Assembly: GCA_964592635.1 (NCBI GenBank)
Contig: CAZQFZ010000001.1
Span: forward strand, 10,974 to 74,973
Reading direction: 5' to 3'
From: an uncultured Rhizobium sp.
GTDB lineage: Bacteria; Bacteroidota; Bacteroidia; NS11-12g; UBA955
DNA: 64,000 nucleotides
Shown here piece after piece: positions 9,770 through 20,116 of this stretch. Position 1 is the stretch's first letter. Every line of letters starts with the position of its first letter. Below the pieces are notes generated by a model. That model did not search any database. It was given only the letters and a program-made list of their open reading frames with translations, and was not told the DNA's origin. Both the position numbers and the translations under genes were made by a program.

Positions 9770-10531
9770 CTACAACAAGGTAAACAAAAAAACTAGTCCT
9801 ATGATGATTCTGTAATAGCCAAAAATATGAAATCCATTTTTTTGTACTATTTGAATAAAGAACTTCACTGCGAAAAATGCGGTAATAAAACTGAGAATAT
9901 TTCCAACTGCGATATCGGATAGGTTGGAGGAACTCAGGGTATCCCAATTTTTCAACATTTTATAAGATGCGGCTGCTGACAGGGTAGGGATAGCGAGGAA
10001 AAAAGAAAATTCAGTAGCGGCGGTTTTCGATAATTTTCGTCCTAGCGCTCCTGCGATGGTTGAAGCGGATCTGCTCGTTCCTGGAATCATGGCAAATGAT
10101 TGAATGATACCGATGATAAAAGCATCGGTAAAAGTCATTGTATCTACTGTTTTTTCACCGGGTTTTAGAATTTTATCCATGAAAACCAGGAAGATTCCAA
10201 CAATGATTAACGTAAAAGCCACAATCATTGGAGTTTGCAATAGTTTTTCAAGTAGGTCATCGAATATCAATCCAAGTACAGCTGCGGGTATAAATCCAAT
10301 TAATAATTTGGAATAGAAGGGCAGCCAATTTTTTTGAAAGAATCGTTTCCAATAAAGAAAGACTACTGATAGAATGGCACCAAATTGAATTGAAATGATG
10401 TAAGTATCGATATTTTGGTCTTTGATGCCGAGCCAATGTTGAAACATCATCAAATGTCCCGTACTACTTACAGGTAAATACTCGGTAAGTCCTTCCACAA
10501 CGGAAAGAACTAAATTTTCGAATAAGGTCAT
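9770..10531 (-). CDS. uppP: Undecaprenyl-diphosphate phosphatase UppP (BacA)
   Basis: 253 aa, multi-TM. N-terminal 'LVLSVVEGLTEYLPVSSTGHLMM' and internal '…SRSASTIAGALGRKLSKTAATEFSFFLAIP' are BacA signature regions. Confidence 0.85.
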   Translation of the reverse strand: MTLFENLVLSVVEGLTEYLPVSSTGHLMMFQHWLGIKDQNIDTYIISIQFGAILSVVFLYWKRFFQKNWLPFYSKLLIGFIPAAVLGLIFDDLLEKLLQTPMIVAFTLIIVGIFLVFMDKILKPGEKTVDTMTFTDAFIIGIIQSFAMIPGTSRSASTIAGALGRKLSKTAATEFSFFLAIPTLSAAASYKMLKNWDTLSSSNLSDIAVGNILSFITAFFAVKFFIQIVQKNGFHIFGYYRIIIGLVFLFTLL

Positions 10532-10540
10532 GTGAGAAGT

Positions 10541-10777
10541 TTAATTCTTCTTGTAAAAAATGGCGAAAATACCAATGATGAAGCCGGCAATTACCACAAT
10601 GGGTGCAATCACGGTTCTGCGAAAATCGTAAATATCTCCGCTGGTACCACTCATTAAAATGAATCCCAAAACCACAACTCCCAAGCTGATTGTAGTAAGC
10701 ATGTAGTTGTTTTTGTTGAAAATCATGGATTTATGAGTTGAATTGGTTGTATTCGATTTGGATTCTTTGTTAGCCAT
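10541..10777 (-). CDS. DUF3098-family small membrane protein
   Basis: 78 aa, two TM helices. Conserved Bacteroidota position between ftsX and uppP. Confidence 0.6.
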   Translation of the reverse strand: MANKESKSNTTNSTHKSMIFNKNNYMLTTISLGVVVLGFILMSGTSGDIYDFRRTVIAPIVVIAGFIIGIFAIFYKKN

Positions 10778-10827
10778 GTTGTATGAATGAAAAGGTTGAT
10801 TTCAAAAATAACACCTTAATTTTAAAT

Positions 10828-11739
10828 TTAATAAAGATTTTCGATTTTAGTTTTCAAGAACTTGAGCGTAGAAAACCAGCTAGCAGTTGCTGCCAAGAAA
10901 ACACCAAAAAATGCAATGCCAACAGACATGTAAACAAGTTCATGGATGTTGATGTGTTCGACAATAACATGAGCAAAGTTCAATTCTTGGCCTTCGGTTA
11001 ATTGAATTCCTGAAATTTGGTTAATTGAGGGCAGCAACCAAAATAGTGTCCAAATTGCAAGAGCAGATATTGGAATAGCAATTAGGGCATATTGGATAAA
11101 TTTGAACACAAACGGTCGAATAATAAATGCATTGGTAGCACCCACCATTTGCATACTCTTGATGGTGTGCCTATTTGCGTAAATTCCGAGGCGCACATTG
11201 CTTTGGATCAGAATGATTGAAACTAAAATGAGCAAAGCCGCAATGGAAAATAGTGCGTATTGTATTTTTATGATGTTTTTGGAGATATTTTCAAGCCAAT
11301 TTTTTTGAAAGATTACGTCTTCCACCAAAGGGTTAACTTTAAAATATTGCGCCATTTGTGAAAGGAACTTTGAATTTGCAAATTCTGATTTAGGATAAAC
11401 TTCTAAACTTAGGGGCAATTGTACGGTTTTTACAAAATTCATGAAGTCGGGGTCGTATTTATCGCCCATTTCTTTCATGGCTTGTTCTCTTGAAATGAAT
11501 TTGGTAGATTTAACCCATGATTTTTTTTGCAATTCTACTTCCAATTGTTTTACCTGTAACTCGTTAATGCTATCGTGAAAGTAGATGTCGATACTGGTAT
11601 TTTCCAACCAGTAGGTTCCTAAACCTTTGAAACCGACCAAACTGGTTCCCAACAAACCGAGCATAAACATCACAGCAGCCAAACTCAAAATGCCTGGAAG
11701 TGCGGAGGGTTTTTTACGTTTTACAGGATTATCTTGCAT
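10828..11739 (-). CDS. ftsX: Cell-division permease-like protein FtsX
   Basis: 303 aa. N-terminal TM, large periplasmic loop, C-terminal three TM helices. Synteny ftsX-DUF3098-uppP. Confidence 0.75.
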   Translation of the reverse strand: MQDNPVKRKKPSALPGILSLAAVMFMLGLLGTSLVGFKGLGTYWLENTSIDIYFHDSINELQVKQLEVELQKKSWVKSTKFISREQAMKEMGDKYDPDFMNFVKTVQLPLSLEVYPKSEFANSKFLSQMAQYFKVNPLVEDVIFQKNWLENISKNIIKIQYALFSIAALLILVSIILIQSNVRLGIYANRHTIKSMQMVGATNAFIIRPFVFKFIQYALIAIPISALAIWTLFWLLPSINQISGIQLTEGQELNFAHVIVEHINIHELVYMSVGIAFFGVFLAATASWFSTLKFLKTKIENLY

Positions 11740-11849
11740 TATTTTTTGCGAAATTCATAAAAAAATATACAAACCACAAAGTAAGTTATCCGCATTTTGT
11801 AGTTTTGTTGAGAAAGAAGATGAGTTTAACCAGATCAATCACTTAGAAC

Positions 11850-12584
11850 ATGCAACTTTTATCCCAATTGGATTTAAACAAGGTATTATTTATCGATATA
11901 GAAACCGTTCCTGCTGTTTCGTCTTATTCTCAATTGAATTCGGATTGGCAGGGATTGTGGGATAAAAAGGCCAAAAGCTTGGTTTCTGAGAATATTACTT
12001 CCGCAGATTTATATGACCGCTCGGCTATGTACGCCGAGTTTGGTAAAATTATATGTATCGGTGTGGGAATAATAACAGGATTTCCACAACAGACTAGCTT
12101 GAGATTAAAATCCATTGCTGGTGATGATGAAAAAAAAATATTGGAGGAATTTGCCGATTTATTGAAGGTGTATTTTAGCACGGATAAGTCGCGATTGTGC
12201 GCACACAATGGTAAGGAATTCGATTTTCCTTATCTTTCTAGAAGAATGCTGGTTCATGGTATGAAGCTTCCCTTTTTATTGGATACAGCGGGGAAAAAGC
12301 CATGGGAAATAAACAATCTCGACACCATGGAGTTGTGGAAATTTGGCGACTTCAAGAGTTTTACATCTCTGAATTTACTTGCTCATTTATTTGGTATTCC
12401 AACTCCCAAAGACGATATCGATGGAAGCCAGGTGGCGGATGTGTATTATCGGGAAAATAACCTCAGTAGAATAGAAAAATACTGCTTAAAAGATGTAATC
12501 ACTTTGTGTCAGTTATTTTTGAAATTTATGAACCAACCCATGATTCCTGAAAATCGAATTGTGCATCCAAAATCGGAGGAATAG
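11850..12584 (+). CDS. Predicted 3'-5' exonuclease (PolB-exonuclease-like / RNase H-like fold)
   Basis: 244 aa. Exo I-like 'VLFIDIETVP' motif. Family commonly found near ftsX in Bacteroidota. Confidence 0.65.
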   Translation: MQLLSQLDLNKVLFIDIETVPAVSSYSQLNSDWQGLWDKKAKSLVSENITSADLYDRSAMYAEFGKIICIGVGIITGFPQQTSLRLKSIAGDDEKKILEEFADLLKVYFSTDKSRLCAHNGKEFDFPYLSRRMLVHGMKLPFLLDTAGKKPWEINNLDTMELWKFGDFKSFTSLNLLAHLFGIPTPKDDIDGSQVADVYYRENNLSRIEKYCLKDVITLCQLFLKFMNQPMIPENRIVHPKSEE

Positions 12585-12707
12585 ATTGCCTAGTTGGGCG
12601 AATTTAAATTGTTTGAACGAGAGTGTGTGGAAATATTTGAAGTTTTTTACAATTACTAAGCCACGAATTAGCGGAAACCATGTCTAATTAGGTATATTTG
12701 TGTAATT

Positions 12708-14834
12708 ATGTTCAGAAATGCTGTCGTTTTCATTTGGTTTCTTTTGGTAGGGGTACAACATGCATTTGCTGCTGAGCCTACCGTTGCACCTTCTAATGCC
12801 AAAGCAACAGGGATTACCTGTAATCAAGCTACTATTTCATGGACCAATGGTAATGGATCATGGAGGTTTGTATTGGTAAAAGAAGGAAGTGCAGTAGATG
12901 CTACACCTTCAGACGGAACAAATTACACGGCATTCAACACCTTTAAATCAGGTCAACAATTGGGTTCAGGCAATTATGCTTGCTTCAATAACTTTACCAA
13001 TAGTTTTATTCTTCGCGGACTAAAACCCAATACCACCTATCATGTGGCGATTTTTGAACACGATGGATTAGCAAGCCCCGATTTCTTAACGAGTTCTTAC
13101 GCAAGCTTTTCATTTAAAACCCAAAATTTAGTTTTAGATTTCGATTTTACCATAAATGACAGTTGCTCACGAACCAATACCGTTACATTCAACAATAAAT
13201 CTTCAGCTACTTTTTCTGGAGTATCATACACCTGGATTTTTCAAGATGGCAACCAAGATACTGGTACCAAAAGCGTTAAACACACCTATGCAGAGGGCGG
13301 AAACTATCAGGTAACTCTTGTAGCTTCGCCAAGTTTCGGCTGTACCGACTTGTACACCAACTCCTTTGCAGTGAAAATTATTCCTCGCCCAGTAAGCAAA
13401 CCAATTGAGCAAAATAATAATTTAGCCCAATGTTTGGAAGGAAATCAATTTGCGTTTGCAGATAATACCTCTTTGAAGAATCTACCCAAAATGGCGTACA
13501 CACGAACATGGTATTTCACAGCCACCGATTCTTCCACCATTCCCAAACCGGTGAAAAAATTCACCCAAGGTGGGAATTATCAAATCAAATACAAGAGCGA
13601 AACCTATTTTGATAACTTTCCAACCGGTTGCACAGACACTGCTTCTCTATGGATTCGGGTGATCCCCAATCCATCTAGCGGTATTAGTATCAATGATTCC
13701 ATTCAATGCTTCAAAGGGAACTCATTTGTATTCAATAATACATACCCAGGATTGACCCGTTTTTTTTGGAGTTTGGGGGACGGTACCACGAGTTCTAATA
13801 AAACCATTACTCATACCTACAATAGCGTTGGCGCATTCCCCATAATTCATGAAGCTGAAAGTCCCGAAGGTTGTAAAAGTCGCGACACCATCATAATTCA
13901 TGTCAAACCCAATGTAGATCCATCTTTCAGCGGTTTGCCTGCATTTACATGCGAAAACGGACCTTCCATTACCTTAACACCGGTAAGCAACAAGGGATTG
14001 TTTTTTGCAACCGATGGTACTTTCACTGGAAATGTATACAAACCAGGTAAAGCAGGAACTCATAATATCAAATACACTATTCGCGATTCTTTTTGTCCGG
14101 ACTCATTAATTTCCCCCATTCAAATTAATACATTACCCAGGTTTACATTGGGTAAGGATACCGTAGTTTGCGATAATCAACCGCTTGCATTGTTTGTTAC
14201 TTCTTCAGGAACATTATTGTGGGAAAACGCTTCCACACTGAACCCTCGTCCTATATTTGCAGCAGGAACCTATTGGGCGGAAGTCGATAACAACGGTTGT
14301 AAATGGAGAGATACCATTCGCGTGGGTTATCAGCTAACACCTGAAGCATCATTGCCAGGCGATACCCTCATATGCAAAGGTTCATTGATTTTGTTGAAGC
14401 AAGTTTGGCCTTCTGCAACCATAACCTGGAGTACAGGAAGTAACGATACCCAAATTTATGTATCGTCGCCGGGGGTGTACTCGGTGGCAGTATCTAATTC
14501 CTGCGGTTCTGCTACTGACTTTATGGAGGTAAAAGTATCAGATGGTTTCTGCGATATATTTATTCCTACAGCTTTTACTCCTAATGGCGACGATAGAAAC
14601 GATTATTTCGAAATACAAGGTAGAGATATTCAACCTGCTTTGCTTCAGATTTTTAATCGATGGGGAGAAATCATATTTGATTCTCAGCGCTCTGGTGAGT
14701 TTAGATGGTATGGAGATGCTAACGGACAACCTTGCATGGAAGGCAACTATCCCTTTATCTATCGTTACGAACAAAAAGTAGGAGATCGAATCCGCCGACA
14801 AACGGTTAAAGGTGCAGTAATGCTGATGCGTTAA
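12708..14834 (+). CDS. Secreted FN3/PKD-like protein with T9SS type-B C-terminal sorting domain
   Basis: 708 aa with signal peptide (…HAFAAEP). C-terminus 'IPTAFTPNGDDRNDYFEIQG…IFNRWGEIIFDSQ…WYGDANGQPCMEGNYPFIYRYE' is a type-B CTD. Confidence 0.8.
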   Translation: MFRNAVVFIWFLLVGVQHAFAAEPTVAPSNAKATGITCNQATISWTNGNGSWRFVLVKEGSAVDATPSDGTNYTAFNTFKSGQQLGSGNYACFNNFTNSFILRGLKPNTTYHVAIFEHDGLASPDFLTSSYASFSFKTQNLVLDFDFTINDSCSRTNTVTFNNKSSATFSGVSYTWIFQDGNQDTGTKSVKHTYAEGGNYQVTLVASPSFGCTDLYTNSFAVKIIPRPVSKPIEQNNNLAQCLEGNQFAFADNTSLKNLPKMAYTRTWYFTATDSSTIPKPVKKFTQGGNYQIKYKSETYFDNFPTGCTDTASLWIRVIPNPSSGISINDSIQCFKGNSFVFNNTYPGLTRFFWSLGDGTTSSNKTITHTYNSVGAFPIIHEAESPEGCKSRDTIIIHVKPNVDPSFSGLPAFTCENGPSITLTPVSNKGLFFATDGTFTGNVYKPGKAGTHNIKYTIRDSFCPDSLISPIQINTLPRFTLGKDTVVCDNQPLALFVTSSGTLLWENASTLNPRPIFAAGTYWAEVDNNGCKWRDTIRVGYQLTPEASLPGDTLICKGSLILLKQVWPSATITWSTGSNDTQIYVSSPGVYSVAVSNSCGSATDFMEVKVSDGFCDIFIPTAFTPNGDDRNDYFEIQGRDIQPALLQIFNRWGEIIFDSQRSGEFRWYGDANGQPCMEGNYPFIYRYEQKVGDRIRRQTVKGAVMLMR

Positions 14835-14921
14835 GCCCTTCTTCATAAATTATTTATCACCGCTGAATTTAGTCGATAAGTTGTTAGGTTTTTCCTATGC
14901 TTTGTGGCTAAATTTGCAACG

Positions 14922-17138
14922 ATGAACTCATCGTTGCTAGAACAAGCCCTTCAATTAGGATTGTTGAAGGAAGAATACGACAAAATCTGTCAAATACTTG
15001 ATCGTGAACCCAATTTTACAGAATTATCCATATTCTCTGTGATGTGGAGCGAACACTGTAGTTATAAAAACTCCATCGTTTGGCTGAAAACACTTCCCAA
15101 AGAAGGTAGTAAAATGTTGGCTGAAGCCGGGGAAGAAAATGCTGGTTTGGTTGACATTGGCGATGGGTTGGCTTGTTGTTTCAAAATTGAGAGTCATAAT
15201 CACCCCAGTGCCATCGAACCGTATCAAGGTGCAGCAACCGGTGTGGGTGGAATTAATCGCGATATTTTTTCTATGGGTGCTCGTCCGATTGCTCAATTAA
15301 ATTCTTTGCGTTTTGGCAACATCGATACGGACCGAACAAAATGGTTGGTAAAAGGGGTTGTAAAGGGAATTGGTGATTATGGAAATGCATTCGGAATTCC
15401 AACAGTGGGTGGTGAAGTGTATTTCGACGATTGCTACGAACAAAATATTCTGGTGAATGCCATGAGTGTTGGATTAGTGGAAGTAGGTAAGAATATCTCT
15501 GCGGGTGCCGGTTCTCCGGGTAACCCAGTCTATATTTTCGGTTCAGCAACCGGAAAAGACGGTATTCATGGTGCTGCTTTTGCTTCGAAAGATATGAGTG
15601 AAGACTCTATCAATGATTTGCCATCGGTTCAAGTGGGCGATCCTTTTTGGGAGAAATTAATCTTGGAAGCGAGCATGGAAATCATTGAAACGGGGGCCGT
15701 TGTGGGTATGCAAGACATGGGAGCTGCCGGAATAACATGCAGTACTTCCGAGATGAGTGCAAAAACCGGAGTGGGTATGGATATCCAATTGGATAAAGTG
15801 CCTATGCGTCAAGCCGATATGAAAGGATGGGAATTGCTACTTTCTGAGAGTCAAGAACGTATGTTGGTGATTGTTGAAAAGGGCAGAGAAGCAGAAATGG
15901 AAAAAATCTTCCAAAAATGGGAGTTAACCTACGCGCAAATCGGAATGGTAACGGATACTGGCCGAGTTCGTTATTTTATGCATGGTGAGCTAGAAGCAGA
16001 TATTCCTGCACAATCGTTGGTGTTAGGCGGCGGTGCACCTGTTTACAAGAGAACGTGGAAAGAGCCTACATACATGCAGGAAATTAGTAAATTCTCCATT
16101 GATCAGGTTACGGATATTTCGTTAGAAAAAGCAAAAGAAGTTGCAGAGAAATTGATGGGATTACCCAATATTGCATCCAAACGTTGGGTGTATGAGCAAT
16201 ATGATTCTATGGTTGGAACGGTGAATCAATCCACCAATCGTGCATCCGATGCTGCAGTAGTAAAAATAAAAGGAACCCAGAAAAGTTTAGCACTAACGGT
16301 GGATTGCAATAGTCGCTATATTTTCGCAGACCCGAATAAAGGAACTCAAATTGCGGTATCAGAAGCGGCAAGAAATATTCGCTGTACTGGTGGTGTCCCC
16401 ACGGCAATTACGAATTGTTTGAACTTTGGAAATCCTTACAATGAAGAGGTGTACTTCCAATTTAAATCTGCAATTGAAGGTATGGGAATTGCTTGTCGCA
16501 AATTCGATACTCCTGTTACGGGTGGTAATGTGAGTTTTTATAATCAAAGTACCAACGGACAAGCGGTTTATCCAACACCAACTATTGGTATGGTTGGAAT
16601 TATTGATAGTGAAGACCATATTCTCTCATTGAATTTTAAAAACGAGGGAGATGCGATTGTATTAATCGGATCCACTAAAAATGACATTGGAAGTTCTCAA
16701 TATGCTGCAAAATTATTGGGTATAGAATATTCCAATTGCCCAGAGTTTGATCTGGATGTTGAATATCAACTGCATCAGTTTTTAGGCGATTTGGCGGGTG
16801 CTGGATTGGTAAATTCCGTTCACGATATTTCTGAGGGAGGATTGTTTGTAGCATGTGCAGAAAGCGCAATTTCTGGCGGCAAGGGCTTTGACATTTGTTC
16901 GGATAATTCAGTTCGTTTAGATGCTTGGTTGTATGGTGAATCTCAAAGTCGTGTGGTTTTGAGTTTGGATGCCAATCAATTGAAATCTGTACAAGACCTT
17001 GCAGCCAAATACAATTTACCAGCGCTACATATTGGCACTGTTACATCTAATGAGGTCATTGTGAATGGTGTTTCTTGGGGAAGTTTGGATTCCTTCAAGC
17101 ACACGTATCAAAATGCACTTGCTGAAAAATTGGCTTAA
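14922..17138 (+). CDS. purL: Phosphoribosylformylglycinamidine synthase subunit PurL (FGAM synthase II)
   Basis: Strong PurL similarity throughout (…SEHCSYKNS…, AIR-synthase-related duplicated domains). ATG at 14922 ([22 protein letters not shown]) is preferred over the track's GTG at 14904. Confidence 0.9.
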   Translation: MNSSLLEQALQLGLLKEEYDKICQILDREPNFTELSIFSVMWSEHCSYKNSIVWLKTLPKEGSKMLAEAGEENAGLVDIGDGLACCFKIESHNHPSAIEPYQGAATGVGGINRDIFSMGARPIAQLNSLRFGNIDTDRTKWLVKGVVKGIGDYGNAFGIPTVGGEVYFDDCYEQNILVNAMSVGLVEVGKNISAGAGSPGNPVYIFGSATGKDGIHGAAFASKDMSEDSINDLPSVQVGDPFWEKLILEASMEIIETGAVVGMQDMGAAGITCSTSEMSAKTGVGMDIQLDKVPMRQADMKGWELLLSESQERMLVIVEKGREAEMEKIFQKWELTYAQIGMVTDTGRVRYFMHGELEADIPAQSLVLGGGAPVYKRTWKEPTYMQEISKFSIDQVTDISLEKAKEVAEKLMGLPNIASKRWVYEQYDSMVGTVNQSTNRASDAAVVKIKGTQKSLALTVDCNSRYIFADPNKGTQIAVSEAARNIRCTGGVPTAITNCLNFGNPYNEEVYFQFKSAIEGMGIACRKFDTPVTGGNVSFYNQSTNGQAVYPTPTIGMVGIIDSEDHILSLNFKNEGDAIVLIGSTKNDIGSSQYAAKLLGIEYSNCPEFDLDVEYQLHQFLGDLAGAGLVNSVHDISEGGLFVACAESAISGGKGFDICSDNSVRLDAWLYGESQSRVVLSLDANQLKSVQDLAAKYNLPALHIGTVTSNEVIVNGVSWGSLDSFKHTYQNALAEKLA

Positions 17139-17210
17139 TTTTCTAAATTCAACTAAATCCGATTTCAAAGTTGGAGCGGATTTTTATAAACAACACGGCA
17201 TAGCATAATT

Positions 17211-18344
17211 ATGGCACTCAGTTTTTGGGAACAACGGTGGCTCGATAAAGCCGATATTGTAATTGTAGGCGCAGGATTAGTGGGCTTACAAACATCAATT
17301 GCTTTAAAGGAAAAATTCCCTCATAAAAAGGTATGGGTGTTGGAATCGTCGGTTATGGGGGATGCCGCATCGATGAGAAATGCAGGATTTGCTTGTTTCG
17401 GTTCTGCCGGAGAAATCTTAGACGATGCGAGTCGTATGGGAATAGACAGTGCACTTTCGCTGTATGGAAAGCGTTACAATGGTCTGCAAAAATTGAAATC
17501 CAAATACGGTGAAACCATCCTCGGTTATGAAAACTCAGGTGGCAATGAAATATTCGAAAATAATGCACAATTCGATGATGTAGCTTCCAAAATCGATGAT
17601 CTAAATCACGGGTTGAAGCAGTTTCACGAAACGAATGCCTTTAAAATTAAGGATATAACAAAATTGGGTATGAAGGTGCATTCTCAATCCATTTTTTCAC
17701 CCTTAGAAGGGGCATTGCAATCGCATCTTTTATACGAAACCGTTAGAAAGCATGCCATCAGTGAAGGGGTTGAAATAATGAGTGGGGTTAAGGTTATTGC
17801 ACTGAATCAAAATCCCTCGAAAAAATGGGAATTGGAATGTGAAAATCAGGGACAAAACCATAATCGATTCCAAATAGTGGCCCAGAAACTAGTGGTTTGC
17901 ACCAATGGTTACACCAAATTGTTGTTGCAAGACGAAGATGTTCTACCTGCGAGAGGGCAAGTATTGGTTACAAAACCGATCCCTGAATTGACGTTTAGAG
18001 GGATATTTCACGCCGATAAAGGATATATATATTTTAGGTCGTTGGGTTCTAGGATTTTAATTGGAGGAGCGAGAAATTTGGCATTCGAAACGGAACAAAC
18101 TACGGTTTCTGAATCCAATAATGAGTTGGTTGAGGCATTGAAAAATTGGCTTTCGAATATTATCGTACCGTATGCGGCCGTTGAAATTGACACACAGTGG
18201 GCGGGAATAATGGGTATGTCTGAAAGCAGACTTCCAATAATTGAACAACGAGATGAAAATTTGTATTTGGCCGTGCGTATGGGTGGAATGGGAGTTGCTT
18301 TAAGTGCATTGGTTGCAGAGGAAGTAGCAAGTTTGGTTGATTAA
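17211..18344 (+). CDS. FAD-dependent oxidoreductase (DAO / glycine-oxidase-like family)
   Basis: N-terminal Rossmann 'DIVIVGAGLVGLQTS'. 377 aa, a DAO-family length. Confidence 0.7.
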   Translation: MALSFWEQRWLDKADIVIVGAGLVGLQTSIALKEKFPHKKVWVLESSVMGDAASMRNAGFACFGSAGEILDDASRMGIDSALSLYGKRYNGLQKLKSKYGETILGYENSGGNEIFENNAQFDDVASKIDDLNHGLKQFHETNAFKIKDITKLGMKVHSQSIFSPLEGALQSHLLYETVRKHAISEGVEIMSGVKVIALNQNPSKKWELECENQGQNHNRFQIVAQKLVVCTNGYTKLLLQDEDVLPARGQVLVTKPIPELTFRGIFHADKGYIYFRSLGSRILIGGARNLAFETEQTTVSESNNELVEALKNWLSNIIVPYAAVEIDTQWAGIMGMSESRLPIIEQRDENLYLAVRMGGMGVALSALVAEEVASLVD

Positions 18345-18385
18345 TTGATACGAGTGTTGTAACTTCACGTCAAATCTTTTAAAAG

Positions 18386-20116
18386 ATGACTGACAACTCT
18401 GCCATATTAACCCAATTAAATTTATACGCTAAATTGGGTGAGTTACATGGGCTTAACGCCTTTAAAATCAAAGCATATTCCAATGCAGCGTTCAATTTAA
18501 AGAAAGTAAAAGAACCCTATTTGCAGTTTTCTGATGCAGAATTGTTGGCATTTCCAGGAGTGGGGAAAGGGGTAGTTGAAAGCATACGAGAAATAGGCGC
18601 TAAGGGCACCTTTGGTGATTTGGAGAAATTGTTGGAAGTTACACCTTCAGGTATTGTTGACATGCTTCAAATAAAAGGGTTAGGGCCGAAGAAAGTCTCT
18701 ACTATTTGGAAAGAAATGGAGATTGATTCAGTTGCCGATTTGTTGGATGCTTGTAGGCAGAATCGTTTAGTAGAGGCCAAAGGATTCGGGCTAAAAACCC
18801 AGGCAGAGGTAGCTCATGCAATTGAGTTTTCGATGGTTTCTCAAGGAAGTTGGCATTATGCACGATTGCTCAATCCGGCCAATGATTTAATTTCTGAAAT
18901 CAAGTCTAACTTCCCCCAAAACAGAACAGAAATTACCGGTGAAATGCGCCGATGTGCAACCACATTATCTCGAATTCAAATGATAACGGATATATCATCT
19001 GTGGAATTGACGGAATATTTGGTTCAAAATAATAAAGAAATAGAAGATGGCAGTAAAACCCCGTTGCATCCAGATTCTGTTGAAAGCTCAAGCAGCACTA
19101 TGGTCGCTTCTCAAGATGGGGTGGAATTGAAATTGATATTATTGGGACAATACCCCGTTTCTATATACTGTGTTTCCAAACAGGATTTTGAACAAAAGCA
19201 TTTTGAAATTACGGGTTCTGCTGAACATTTGCGCAAATTGGGCTATGTATTGGGAAGTTCAACATTTATATCGGAAGAGCACGTTTACCAAAAACAAGGT
19301 GTTGAATTTGTGATACCTGAACAACGTGAAGGGTTGGACGAATTGGAATCGGACTATTTGCGCGGCGAGTTCATTGAGTTTTGGCACTTGAAAGGGGTTT
19401 TACATAACCATACAACGTATTCTGATGGCCTGAATTCTCTCAAAGAAATGGCTGAACATGCGCGATACGAAAAATACCAATACTTGGGAATTTGCGATCA
19501 TTCTCGATCAGCTGGTTATGCAAACGGTCTCAGCTCGGAGCGATTGATTGCTCAAATGAAAGAAATTGATGAATTGAATGAACATTTGGCTCCTTTTAAA
19601 ATTTTCAAAGGTGTGGAAAGTGATATTTTAGCAGATGGCAGTTTGGATTATCCCGATGAAGTTCTCAAACTCTTGGACTTTGTGGTGGCTTCCATTCATA
19701 GTGGATTGAAAATGGATCAAGAAAAAGCGGAAATGAGACTGATTCGTGCCATAGAAAATCCGTTTACTACCATTTTAGGACATCCCACAGGGCGGCTTTT
19801 ACTGCTTCGTGAAGGGTATCCTATTAACCATCAGCGAATTATTGATGCTTGTGCTGCAAATGATGTCGTTGTAGAATTAAATGCCCATCCATACAGATTG
19901 GATATTGATTGGAAATGGTTGCAATATGCACAAAAAAAAGGCGTAAAAATTAGTATAAATCCGGATGCCCATGAAAAATCGGGTTACGGTGATATGTATT
20001 TCGGTACACTTGCTGCTCGTAAGGGCGGATTATTGGTTCAAAATACGCTGAATGCCTTGTCGATGGATGAGTTTGAGGCGTTTTTGGAACTAAGAAGAAT
20101 CAAAAAAGGGTTTTGA
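18386..20116 (+). CDS. PolX-family protein (HhH + Pol-beta-like core + C-terminal PHP domain); palm catalytic Asp residues apparently substituted
   Basis: 576 aa. C-terminal PHP motifs 'HNHTTYSDG', 'CDHS', 'ASIHS', 'LGHP', 'ELNAHP'. Palm motif aligns as 'GEMRRCATTLSRIQMI' against the canonical 'GSxRRGxxxxGDxDxL'. Confidence 0.65.
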   Translation: MTDNSAILTQLNLYAKLGELHGLNAFKIKAYSNAAFNLKKVKEPYLQFSDAELLAFPGVGKGVVESIREIGAKGTFGDLEKLLEVTPSGIVDMLQIKGLGPKKVSTIWKEMEIDSVADLLDACRQNRLVEAKGFGLKTQAEVAHAIEFSMVSQGSWHYARLLNPANDLISEIKSNFPQNRTEITGEMRRCATTLSRIQMITDISSVELTEYLVQNNKEIEDGSKTPLHPDSVESSSSTMVASQDGVELKLILLGQYPVSIYCVSKQDFEQKHFEITGSAEHLRKLGYVLGSSTFISEEHVYQKQGVEFVIPEQREGLDELESDYLRGEFIEFWHLKGVLHNHTTYSDGLNSLKEMAEHARYEKYQYLGICDHSRSAGYANGLSSERLIAQMKEIDELNEHLAPFKIFKGVESDILADGSLDYPDEVLKLLDFVVASIHSGLKMDQEKAEMRLIRAIENPFTTILGHPTGRLLLLREGYPINHQRIIDACAANDVVVELNAHPYRLDIDWKWLQYAQKKGVKISINPDAHEKSGYGDMYFGTLAARKGGLLVQNTLNALSMDEFEAFLELRRIKKGF

